DNA from: Eubacteriales bacterium
GTDB taxonomy: Bacteria; Bacillota; Clostridia; Oscillospirales; CAG-272
Length of the DNA stretch: 55,958 nt
NCBI GenBank assembly: GCA_045535375.1
Contig: JAZSLM010000044.1
Coordinates: 1 to 55,958, forward strand
Direction: 5' to 3'
In this document: positions 7,552 through 15,921 of the stretch, one piece after another
How the letters are laid out: every line of letters starts with the position of its first letter
Numbering within the stretch: position 1 is the stretch's first letter
Notes under the pieces: generated by a model
The model's database searches: none
The model's input: only the letters and a program-made list of their open reading frames with translations
Told to the model about the DNA's origin: nothing
Program-made: the position numbers and the translations under genes

Positions 7552-9012
7552 ATGGATAACAACTCTAAAGAAAAGAATAAAAGCCTGCGCCGCGCGATGA
7601 CGGCGGAAAAGCTGACCGAAATGCTTCGCGAGATCGACGTTTCTGCGGCAGTTGAAAGCGAGGGTACTTATACCGCCTCCGCTCGCCTGACTGCACTTTT
7701 CGATCACGGCACTTTCTCGCGTGTCGGCGCGTATATGAACCGCTCGTCCGACCCCGACGAGCCCGCGGGCGTTATTTGCGGCTACGGTGCCGTCGGCGGC
7801 AGACTCGTCTACGCCTTCGCGCAGGACCGTGCGCGAATGAACGGTGCGTTTGATTCGACTTCGGGCAAGCTGATCTGCGATCTTTACTCGATGGCTCTGC
7901 GCAACGGCGCGCCGATCGTCGGTATCTTCGACAGCGACGGCGCGTATATCTACGAGGGCGCAAAAATGCTTGCCGCGCTCGGAAGGACCGTGTCGGCTAA
8001 CAGTTCTGCAGTAGGAATCGTTCCGCGAATCGCGCTCGTTCCCGGCGTTTGCGGCGGTACTCACGCCGTTCTCGCGTCGTCCTTCGACTTCCTTATTTCA
8101 GTAAAGGAATCGACAGAGGTTTACGCAGTATCTCCCTTCGTCAACGGAACGAAAACCTTCCCCGCACCCGAGGGTATTGCCGCTTATGAAGCAGAGGACG
8201 AGGGTGAGCTTTACCGCTTTGCCCGCAATCTGATCGGATTCCTTCCTTCTAATAACACCGAAGGAACTGCCGTCGACCCCGACGTTCCCGAATTTGAGCT
8301 TCAGCGCGCACCCGATCTCCGTTCGCTTTGCGGAGAGGCTTTGATTTCGGAGATGGCGGACAAAAAGAATTACATCCGACTCTTTGCCGAATACGCACCC
8401 GAGGTCGCGGTCGGATTTGCCTCCGTCGGCGGAGTTGGATGCGCTTATATGGCATCCGAACGCACTTATAAAGACGGCTCGCTCACACCCGCAGCGTGTC
8501 GTGTTATAACGAAGATACAGAAGTTCGCCGATGCCTTCGGTCTGCCGATGCTTTCCTTCGTTGATTGCCCCGGATTTGATAATTCGGTCACCGATAATGC
8601 ATTTTATCTCGAAAGTGCGGCGGCGATGATCGATGCGTTTGCATTCTCGTCGAATCCGAAGATAACAACAGTTATCGGCAGGGCGTACGGTCCCGGATTT
8701 ATCTGTATGGCGTCAAAGTCGATCGGCGCTGATATCAGCTTTGCACTCACCGATTCGATAATCAGCGCGCTCTCGCCCGAGGCTTCGGTTGCTTTCCTCT
8801 GGAACGACAAGATCAGAGAGGGTGATCTCACCGCAAGCCGCGAAATGTTTGAGCTTGATTGGCGCGAGAAGCATTCTTCGCCGAACGATGCCGCACTTTG
8901 CGGTGAGATCGACGACATTCTGACCTCCTCCGAGCTCCGCCCGAGGATCGTTTCCGCGCTTTATATGCTCCTCGGCAAGATGCGCTCACAGCCCTCCCGC
9001 CGCAAGAGGTGA
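7552..9012 (+). CDS. acyl-CoA carboxylase/decarboxylase carboxyltransferase-domain protein (divergent)
   Basis: GVICGYG.VGGR.VY.FAQD, FLPSNN, FADAFGLP..SFVDCPGF, PKIT..IGRAYG, G.IDDI. Confidence 0.9.
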   Translation: MDNNSKEKNKSLRRAMTAEKLTEMLREIDVSAAVESEGTYTASARLTALFDHGTFSRVGAYMNRSSDPDEPAGVICGYGAVGGRLVYAFAQDRARMNGAFDSTSGKLICDLYSMALRNGAPIVGIFDSDGAYIYEGAKMLAALGRTVSANSSAVGIVPRIALVPGVCGGTHAVLASSFDFLISVKESTEVYAVSPFVNGTKTFPAPEGIAAYEAEDEGELYRFARNLIGFLPSNNTEGTAVDPDVPEFELQRAPDLRSLCGEALISEMADKKNYIRLFAEYAPEVAVGFASVGGVGCAYMASERTYKDGSLTPAACRVITKIQKFADAFGLPMLSFVDCPGFDNSVTDNAFYLESAAAMIDAFAFSSNPKITTVIGRAYGPGFICMASKSIGADISFALTDSIISALSPEASVAFLWNDKIREGDLTASREMFELDWREKHSSPNDAALCGEIDDILTSSELRPRIVSALYMLLGKMRSQPSRRKR

Positions 9013-9016
9013 CGCG

Positions 9017-9301
9017 ATGTTTATGCTTGAAAGTGCCGTAACTTTACCGAAGGAGGGCATCTTCACTCTCATCGGTATCGCGGTTTTATTGGTATTGTAC
9101 CTCGCTTTGCGATTTGTAAAAAATAAAAAGAAGGAAGCCCTTATCGAGGCAGTCGAAGAAGTCAGCGAGGAAGAGATCGCCGCAATAACAGCGGCTGTGG
9201 CTCTTATCCTCGAAGAGGAAGCCGAAAGTGAAGAGCGCAAGCCCACTCCCTTCCGCGTAATTTCCTTCAAAAAAACAAACAAACGCCGTATAGGAGAATG
9301 A
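9017..9301 (+). CDS. OadG/MmdD-like membrane anchor subunit
   Basis: Single TM, EEIAAITAAV motif, basic C-terminal FRVISFKK; operon position. Confidence 0.75.
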   Translation: MFMLESAVTLPKEGIFTLIGIAVLLVLYLALRFVKNKKKEALIEAVEEVSEEEIAAITAAVALILEEEAESEERKPTPFRVISFKKTNKRRIGE

Positions 9302-9302
9302 T

Positions 9303-9434
9303 ATGAGAAAGTTCAAAGTCAAAGTCAACGGTAAGGAATATGAAGTTGAGATCGAAGAGATCAAGACCGAGGAAAAGACAGAATCCGAAGACAAAGAAAA
9401 TAAAAAAGAAGAAACCGAAAAGACGGATAAATAA
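9303..9434 (+). CDS. 43-aa truncated biotin-carrier-like peptide (N-terminal hairpin only)
   Basis: AGGAG RBS; MRKFKVKVNGKEYEVEIEE matches the N-terminus of MmdC/GcdC-type carriers; no MKM motif; TAA overlaps next ATG; absent from the ORF track. Confidence 0.8.
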   Translation: MRKFKVKVNGKEYEVEIEEIKTEEKTESEDKENKKEETEKTDK

Positions 9435-10495
9435 TGGATAAGTCAAAAAGAGTGCTGAACCTCACGCACCAAGATATCGAGATCTTCGAAAAGAAGGATT
9501 TTGAAGGTTACGCCGCGATAGATGTCACCGAATATTGCTTCGGGGAGCTCGAGGAAGACCCGTGGGACACCATGCGCTTTCTGCGTGCGCTTCTGAGGGA
9601 TTCAAAGCTGAGACTGACCCTCGGCGGTCAGGCTTTGCTCGGATACCGCCACTACCCCGACGAGATCGTTGATGCATTCGTAGCCGCCGCTGTCGATAAC
9701 GGAATAAACGCTTTCAGAATTTTCGACGCGCTGAATGATGCAAGAAATCTCGAAACCGCCGCAGCATCGGTAAAAAAATACGGGGCAGAACTTGAAATAG
9801 GCATTGTCTATGCCGAAAGCCCCGTGCATTCGACTTCTTATTTTGCGGGATACGCTTCGCAGATCGCCGCAATGGGCGCGGATGCGGTATGCATTATCGG
9901 AGTATCGAATGAGTTTGCCTGCCGTGAGCTTACCGAGGCGGTCATAAAAGCCGCCGCGATTCCCACTTCGATTTCCGCAAATTGCGAAAAGATCGCGGAT
10001 ATCGCCCTTGATGCGGGCGCCAAAACCGCCGAGGTCTATAATCTCGATGTTTGCGGCGAAGACATTGCCGAGGAAGTCGAACGGGTCAGAATTGATGCGG
10101 GATATCCTCCAATGGTATATCCGATCTCATTCACCGTCGGAGCCCAGGCAATCAGAAATATTCATTCCGAAAAAAGGTACGAAACCGTGTCGGAAGATTT
10201 CAAGGATCTCATACTCGGCAAATTCGGCAAACTGCCGATGGCAGTATCTCCCGAATTTATAAAAGAAATATGCGGCGAAGAACCGCTTGTGCTTGTTCGC
10301 CCGGCAGATCTTCTTGAACCCGAATACGACCGCATCCGCGAATACACAGCCCCTTGGTTCGAGCAGGAGGAGGATATCCTCACCTACGCTCTTTACCGCG
10401 GCGTCGCGATAGTCTTTTTCGAAAAGAGAAAAGCAAAAAAATACGCGCTCGATATGCCTCACGCGCACAAGGAACGCGGAATTCATACTGTATAA
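9434..10495 (+). CDS. oxaloacetate decarboxylase alpha / transcarboxylase 5S-like protein, catalytically degenerate
   Basis: EDPW, LGYRHY.D, RIFDALND, SPVH, GYPP, VG.QA, RPADLLEPE, EEDILTYAL retained; active-site motifs absent. Confidence 0.85.
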   Translation: MDKSKRVLNLTHQDIEIFEKKDFEGYAAIDVTEYCFGELEEDPWDTMRFLRALLRDSKLRLTLGGQALLGYRHYPDEIVDAFVAAAVDNGINAFRIFDALNDARNLETAAASVKKYGAELEIGIVYAESPVHSTSYFAGYASQIAAMGADAVCIIGVSNEFACRELTEAVIKAAAIPTSISANCEKIADIALDAGAKTAEVYNLDVCGEDIAEEVERVRIDAGYPPMVYPISFTVGAQAIRNIHSEKRYETVSEDFKDLILGKFGKLPMAVSPEFIKEICGEEPLVLVRPADLLEPEYDRIREYTAPWFEQEEDILTYALYRGVAIVFFEKRKAKKYALDMPHAHKERGIHTV

Positions 10496-10530
10496 AAAAT
10501 AACGGAAAGCCTAGCTTTCCGTTATTTTTT
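10494..10530. terminator. bidirectional terminator
   Basis: AAAAATAACGGAAAGC/GCTTTCCGTTATTTTT. Confidence 0.85.
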
Positions 10531-10974
10531 ATTCTCTTTCTCCGCAAATCCCGCAATATAAACCTCGAATCTGTGCGAACAGCAAGGACAGCAAACCTTA
10601 TGCTTGCCCGGTTTTTTAGGCAGACGGAGCACGTTCTTGCATTTTTTGCATCGGCGGTAAACGTGAGTTTTTCTGTCGCGGATGCGGTCGCGCTGGAGTC
10701 GGAAAAATCCCGTGAAATTCTTTGCGAATCGAAGAAAATCAGCGTTCTCTTTACGCCGTTTATATAGATTTTTTGAGAGATATCTGAAAAGCGCCCAGGA
10801 TATCAGCGCAATATAGATTGCGTTGACGATAAGCTTCGGTATGCCTTGCAGAAACAGCGCGATAATGATAAGGAACAGACAAATGATCAGCAAAAAGTTA
10901 TAAAGCGCGTCAACGCCGTTGCGCCCTTGCATGAAGCGCCAGACACGCTCGCGGAATGGAGTTTTGTTTTTCAT
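10522..10974 (-). CDS. membrane protein with C-terminal zinc ribbon
   Basis: RFMQGRNGVD, 2 TM, SKN..KR..EN, CxxC..LRLP...CxxC; GGAGG RBS before ATG 10974. Confidence 0.8.
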   Translation of the reverse strand: MKNKTPFRERVWRFMQGRNGVDALYNFLLIICLFLIIIALFLQGIPKLIVNAIYIALISWALFRYLSKNLYKRRKENADFLRFAKNFTGFFRLQRDRIRDRKTHVYRRCKKCKNVLRLPKKPGKHKVCCPCCSHRFEVYIAGFAEKENKK

Positions 10975-11031
10975 TTTTATCCTCCGGGGAATGCGCAGGG
11001 GACGACTCAAAGCCGTCCCCATAATTGATAA

Positions 11032-11565
11032 TTACTTCTTGAGAGAATCGCGGATCTCAGCGAGAAGCGCGGTCTGCTGTACGAGAGATGCACGGAATGC
11101 AGCCTCTTCTTCAGCCTTTGCCTTTGCAGCTTCAGCATCAGCGGCAGCCTTTTCCTCTGCAGCCTTAGCAGCAGCGGCATCTGCTTCTGCCTTTGCGAGA
11201 GCTTCCTTCTCGTTTGCCTTGTCGCGGATCTTGTTGATCATTCTGACAACGCAGAAGATGCAGAACGCGATGATGAGGAAGTCGATGATGGTCTGGAGCC
11301 AAGTACCCCAAAGGATAGCAACCTCTGCGGTTACAACTTCACCCGCTTCATTGAGCTCTTCGGGAGTGATGATAGTCTTGATCGAATCAAGGCTGCCGCT
11401 CTTGAGGAAGATACCGACGAAGGGGTTGATGATGTAGTTGACAAAACCGGTTACGATCTTGCTGAACGCGCCGCCGACAACAACGCCGACTGCCATATCC
11501 ACCACGTTACCGCGGGAGATGAATTTTTTGAAATCCGCACCAAAGGTGCTCTTTTTCTTTGCCAT
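11032..11565 (-). CDS. mscL: large-conductance mechanosensitive channel
   Basis: FKKFISRGNVVDMAVGVVVGGAF, IIDFLIIA, LLAEIRDSL; GGAGG RBS. Confidence 0.95.
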   Translation of the reverse strand: MAKKKSTFGADFKKFISRGNVVDMAVGVVVGGAFSKIVTGFVNYIINPFVGIFLKSGSLDSIKTIITPEELNEAGEVVTAEVAILWGTWLQTIIDFLIIAFCIFCVVRMINKIRDKANEKEALAKAEADAAAAKAAEEKAAADAEAAKAKAEEEAAFRASLVQQTALLAEIRDSLKK

Positions 11566-11601
11566 AATAATACCTCCGGCATAAAACAATAGTATGATAT
11601 A

Positions 11602-11630
11602 ATTATAAAACTATTTGTGCGCCGTGTCAA
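11602..11630 (-). promoter_or_regulatory. sigma-A promoter of mscL
   Basis: TTGACA-17-TATAAT on the minus strand. Confidence 0.85.
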
Positions 11631-11702
11631 GAGCAAATTTGAATTTTGTTATAAATTAAATGAATATTTACAGTTATTTTGTATCGTGAGGGTAAAAAAG
11701 GG

Positions 11703-11731
11703 TTGACCTTTTTACTAAAATATAGTATAAT
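11703..11731 (+). promoter_or_regulatory. sigma-A promoter
   Basis: TTGACC-17-TATAAT. Confidence 0.75.
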
Positions 11732-11772
11732 TAATCTGTATGAAAAAATATCTTCGGAGGAAATTATTAAAA

Positions 11773-13617
11773 ATGAAGAGATTCAGAGAAGAACATTATT
11801 CTTTCGTCGTTGTCGGCGGAGGTATGTCGGGTCTTTGCGCTGCTATTGCGGCTGCTCGTGAGGGCGTTAAGACCGCGCTCATCCACGCTCGTCCCGTGCT
11901 TGGCGGAAACGCATCCAGCGAGATTAGAATTCATATCTCGGGCGCGGACCAGAGCCTTCGTCAGCCCGACTATGCAGAAAGCGGACTTGTTTACGAGCTT
12001 ATGCTTGAGAACAAGGCTTGCAACGATTCATTCAGCTATTCCACTTGGGATATGGTCCTTTTCCGCAAGGCGAAGGAAGAGCCCAATCTAACTACATATT
12101 TCAATACCTCTATGTACGATTGCGAAGTCGAGGACGACCGCATCGTAGCTATCAGATGCTTCCAGGAGACCACCGAGCTCCGTCTGCGCATCACCGCTCC
12201 CATTTTTGCTGACTGTACCGGTAATGGTACCCTCGGTTACTTCGCAGGTGCTGAGTACAGACAGGGAAGCGAATCCAAGGCAGAGACCGGCGAGCCCCAC
12301 GCTCCCGAAAAGGCAAACAACGAGAGAATGGGTAACACCATTCTTATGAAGGCTGTTGATACCGGCAAACCCGTCAAGTTCACTCCTCCTCCTTTCGCAA
12401 AGCACCTCTCCGAGCATCAGCTCCGTTACAGAGTTCACTCGAGAACTATGAAGGTCGACGCTTCGATGGCTCCCGATCCCGAGGAATGGCTCCGCCTTTC
12501 CGCAACCTCCTGCGCGGCAGTCGACTACGGCTACTGGTGGCTTGAGCTTATGGGCGACGGCGAGGACATCATCGAGGACTACGAGAAGATCCGCGACGAC
12601 CTCTACGCATACGCATACGGTCTCTGGGATCACATCAAGAACGGCGGCGAGCACGGCGCGGACAACTTCGAGCTTATCTGGGTAGGCGCACTTCCCGGAA
12701 TGCGCGAGAGCCGCAGACTTATGGGCGACTATATGCTCAGCGAATCCGATATTCTTGATCACAAGGTATTCGACGATGCGGTTATCCACGCGGGCTGGTG
12801 CGTTGACCTCCACGCTCCTCACGGTCTGCTTGACTTCGATCTTCTCCCCTCTGATTGCAACCACTTCGAGGGCATCTACACCATTCCTTACCGCTGCTAC
12901 TACTCCAAGAATATCAAGAACCTCTTTATGGCGGGCAGAAACATTTCCACCACCAAGCTCGGACTTGCTTCGACCCGAATCATCGCTTGCTGTGCAAACG
13001 GCGGTCAGGCTGTCGGCGTTGCGGCTTCTCTCTGCGAGAAGTACGGCTGCGATCCCCGCGGCGTAGGCGAGCACATCACCGAGCTTCAGCAGATCATGCT
13101 CCGCGAGGACGGCTATCTCCCCCTGCCCTATAAGAACGAGGATGCAAAGGATATGGCACTCACCGCGACCGTTTCCGCTTCCTCCTTTATCGCAGGCGGC
13201 GAGCCCGAGAAGGTAATCAACGGCGTTTCGAGAAAGATCGGCGAGGAGCACAACGCCTGGATGACCGATTCCATCTCCGAGAACGGAGAGACCCTTACCC
13301 TCAAGCTCGACGGCGCCAAGACCGTAAGCCAGGTAAGAGTGACCTCCGACTCCAACTTCGCGTACCCCATCCGCGTTACCATGTCCGCAAACAGACAGGC
13401 ACAGCAGAGAATAGGTATCGCTCCCGAGCTCCTCCGTGACTTCGACGTTGTTCTTTATAAGGACGGCAAGGAAGTTGGCAAGAAGGAAGTCCGCGGCAAC
13501 TATCTCCGCCTTGCAGTCTGTGACGTTGAGCCCACCGAGGCAGACGAGGTCAAGATCCACGTCCTCGCAACCAACGGTGCTCCCGCGATCAAGGTTTATG
13601 AGGTAAGAATCTATTAA
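11773..13617 (+). CDS. FAD-dependent oxidoreductase (FAD_oxidored family) with C-terminal beta-sandwich
   Basis: VVGGGMSGLCAAIAAAREG, VLGGNASSE, DCTG.G, RESRRL.G, IPYRC.YS.NI.NLFMAGRNIS. Confidence 0.9.
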   Translation: MKRFREEHYSFVVVGGGMSGLCAAIAAAREGVKTALIHARPVLGGNASSEIRIHISGADQSLRQPDYAESGLVYELMLENKACNDSFSYSTWDMVLFRKAKEEPNLTTYFNTSMYDCEVEDDRIVAIRCFQETTELRLRITAPIFADCTGNGTLGYFAGAEYRQGSESKAETGEPHAPEKANNERMGNTILMKAVDTGKPVKFTPPPFAKHLSEHQLRYRVHSRTMKVDASMAPDPEEWLRLSATSCAAVDYGYWWLELMGDGEDIIEDYEKIRDDLYAYAYGLWDHIKNGGEHGADNFELIWVGALPGMRESRRLMGDYMLSESDILDHKVFDDAVIHAGWCVDLHAPHGLLDFDLLPSDCNHFEGIYTIPYRCYYSKNIKNLFMAGRNISTTKLGLASTRIIACCANGGQAVGVAASLCEKYGCDPRGVGEHITELQQIMLREDGYLPLPYKNEDAKDMALTATVSASSFIAGGEPEKVINGVSRKIGEEHNAWMTDSISENGETLTLKLDGAKTVSQVRVTSDSNFAYPIRVTMSANRQAQQRIGIAPELLRDFDVVLYKDGKEVGKKEVRGNYLRLAVCDVEPTEADEVKIHVLATNGAPAIKVYEVRIY

Positions 13618-13628
13618 TTTCATAAATT

Positions 13629-13662
13629 AAAACAACACAGCATCCGCGCTGTGTTGTTTTTT
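13629..13662 (+). terminator. Rho-independent terminator
   Basis: AAAACAACACAGC/GCTGTGTTGTTTT plus T run. Confidence 0.85.
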
Positions 13663-13673
13663 ATTGAAAACTA

Positions 13674-13702
13674 TTGACAAATCTCCCGTTTTGTGATATA
13701 GT
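13674..13702 (+). promoter_or_regulatory. sigma-A promoter
   Basis: TTGACA-17-TATAGT with extended TG. Confidence 0.75.
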
Positions 13703-13738
13703 TATCTTAACCTTAATTTAAGAAAGGAAATTTTACCA

Positions 13739-14737
13739 ATGAAAAAGCTTTTATCCCTTACCCTCGCGCTCGTTATGGTCCTTTCGGTATTTGCGTTTTC
13801 CGCATCTGCCGTAACCTATGAGGAAAAGATCGTTGACGCAAAGTGGAACTTCGGTTATGTCGGTTCCTCCACCAACTCCCAGGGATTCATTAACATGATC
13901 AACCCTAATGGCGGCAACTATTCCTATACCGATGTTATCGATATGGGTCCCGCAGGCTCCACCATCACTTTCGCCGATGATACCTCCGCATACGCTTCCG
14001 CGGCGGCTTACGTATTCTCCTTCTGGACCAAGAACGGCGATGCTTATGAGCTTGACCCCAATGCCGACCACATCCCCGGCGGCAAGGGCGCTTCCAGATC
14101 CTACGAATTCGTAACCACCGAGGATAATCAGGCTATCCGCGTTACCTACCGCTCCGAACAGAAGGCTGACTTCGTTCCCGAACACGAAGAGATCTTCGTT
14201 GACGGCGTTAAGGTCGACGTTAAGTGGAACTTCGGTTACGTAAAGAGCGACGGAACCATCAACCCCACCGGCGGTTCTTACTCTCACACCGATGTTTTCG
14301 TAGTTGAAAAGGCGGGAAGCAAGGTAACCTTCACCGATACCAACAAGAACGGCACCGCATTCTGCTCCAACAGCGCGTACGTTTTCTCGACCTGGACCAA
14401 GGACGGCGAAAATTGGGTATTCGCAAGCGGTGTTCAGGGTGAAGGCGGAACATTCACCACCAATCCCGTTGTATATTCCTACACCTCCACCAAGGACAAC
14501 GAGCTCGTAAGACTTTGCTACCAGTCGGCTGAGACCGCCAGTGCTCCCGTCGATCCCGCTCTCCGTCCCGTAGTTACCCTCAAGAGTCCCGTAGCGGAAA
14601 CTCCTGTTGAGCCTCCCGTAGAGCCTCCCGTAGAGCCCGAGAACCCCGGCACCGGCGACTCTGTTTTCTCGATCATCGCAGTGGTTCTTGCTACTATGTC
14701 CATAGCAGTAGCTGTTACCAAGAAGAGATCCTTCTAA
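13739..14737 (+). CDS. cell-surface protein with duplicated domain and sortase-like NPxTG anchor
   Basis: Signal peptide, two ~105-aa repeats starting KWNFGYV, PVEP linker, NPGTGD plus TM plus KKR tail. Confidence 0.85.
   Translation: MKKLLSLTLALVMVLSVFAFSASAVTYEEKIVDAKWNFGYVGSSTNSQGFINMINPNGGNYSYTDVIDMGPAGSTITFADDTSAYASAAAYVFSFWTKNGDAYELDPNADHIPGGKGASRSYEFVTTEDNQAIRVTYRSEQKADFVPEHEEIFVDGVKVDVKWNFGYVKSDGTINPTGGSYSHTDVFVVEKAGSKVTFTDTNKNGTAFCSNSAYVFSTWTKDGENWVFASGVQGEGGTFTTNPVVYSYTSTKDNELVRLCYQSAETASAPVDPALRPVVTLKSPVAETPVEPPVEPPVEPENPGTGDSVFSIIAVVLATMSIAVAVTKKRSF
14609..14637 (+). repeat. 12-bp coding tandem repeat (EPPV linker)
   Basis: GAGCCTCCCGTA x2 plus partial copy. Confidence 0.8.
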
Positions 14738-14747
14738 AAAGATAATA

Positions 14748-14780
14748 TAAAAACCGCGGATTTTGCATCTGCGGTTTTTA
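14748..14780 (+). terminator. Rho-independent terminator
   Basis: TAAAAACCGCGGAT/ATCTGCGGTTTTTA. Confidence 0.8.
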
Positions 14781-14796
14781 TTTTTCGGAAAAAGTA

Positions 14797-14842
14797 TTGA
14801 CAAAAGGCAAAAACTGTATTATAATAATAGTACACTAATACA
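14797..14842 (+). promoter_or_regulatory. sigma-A promoter overlapped by YtrA-type operator
   Basis: TTGACA (14797)-17-TATAAT (14820); palindrome ACTGTA-N12-TACACT spanning the -10 resembles YtrA-family operators. Confidence 0.8.
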
Positions 14843-14857
14843 AAAAGGAGTGATGAA

Positions 14858-15223
14858 ATGAATTGGACGCTTGACAAATCCCGTCCGATATGCCCGCAGA
14901 TATGCGAGCTTATCTGCGCCGCTGTGGCGAACGGGGATTTTTTGGCGGGAGAAAAGCTTCTTTCGGTGAGAGAGATTGCGCTTCTTGCGGGTGTCAATCC
15001 GAACACGGTTCAAAAATCCTTCGAGGAGCTTGAGAGGCGCGGGGTGATACATTCGGTGCGTTGCTCGGGATGGTACGTAAACGACAACACCGAAGCCGCC
15101 GAGGAAGAGCTGAACTCTCTTCGGCTCCAAAAGACCCGTGAATATCTGACTCAAATGGCACAGCTCGGATGCGGTATGGATGAGATCATAAAATATATTA
15201 ACGAATGCGAGGGAGGTAAATAA
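14858..15223 (+). CDS. GntR family regulator (YtrA subfamily)
   Basis: PI..QI, GEKL.SVRE.A...GVNPNTVQK; ~120 aa preceding ABC genes. Confidence 0.92.
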   Translation: MNWTLDKSRPICPQICELICAAVANGDFLAGEKLLSVREIALLAGVNPNTVQKSFEELERRGVIHSVRCSGWYVNDNTEAAEEELNSLRLQKTREYLTQMAQLGCGMDEIIKYINECEGGK

Positions 15224-15921
15224 TGAGCGAACTTCTTAAATGCACGGGCTTGACGAAGAGATACGGCAACGTGCTTGCACTCAATAAAGTCGATCTGACC
15301 GTTGAACGCGGCAAGATCATAGGAATTTTAGGTCCTAACGGATCTGGTAAGACCACGCTTATCAAGCTTATCAACGGTCTGCTCACCCCGACCGAGGGAA
15401 GCGTACTTGTCGGTGGCGAAGCGCCCGGTGTGGAAACCAAAAAGATAGTTTCCTATCTCCCGGATAACAGCTTCCTGCCGTCCTGGATGACCGCGGAGCA
15501 GATAATTGAGCTGTTTTGCGATTTTTACGAGGACTTCCGCCCCGAGCTTGCATACGAAATGCTTGACAGGCTCGGAGTGTCGCGGAATACAAGGCTTAAA
15601 AACCTTTCGAAAGGAAACAAGGAAAAGGTCTGTCTTATCCTCGTCATGAGCCGTAACGCGCTTTTATACGTCCTCGACGAGCCGATCGCGGCGGTTGACC
15701 CCGCAACGAGAGATTACGTAATTTCCACTATCATTAACAATTACAATCCCGAAGCCTCGGTGCTTATCTCGACGCACATCATCGCCGATATCGAACCCGT
15801 GCTTGATGAAGTTATATTCATTGATCGCGGACAGATCGTGCTTCACAAGACGGTTGACGAGATCCGCGAGGAGAAGGGAATGAGCGTTGATGCACTCTTC
15901 AGGGAGGTATTCAAATGGTAA
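15223..15921 (+). CDS. ABC transporter ATP-binding protein
   Basis: GPNGSGKTT, LSKG, VLDEP, STH. Confidence 0.95.
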   Translation: MSELLKCTGLTKRYGNVLALNKVDLTVERGKIIGILGPNGSGKTTLIKLINGLLTPTEGSVLVGGEAPGVETKKIVSYLPDNSFLPSWMTAEQIIELFCDFYEDFRPELAYEMLDRLGVSRNTRLKNLSKGNKEKVCLILVMSRNALLYVLDEPIAAVDPATRDYVISTIINNYNPEASVLISTHIIADIEPVLDEVIFIDRGQIVLHKTVDEIREEKGMSVDALFREVFKW

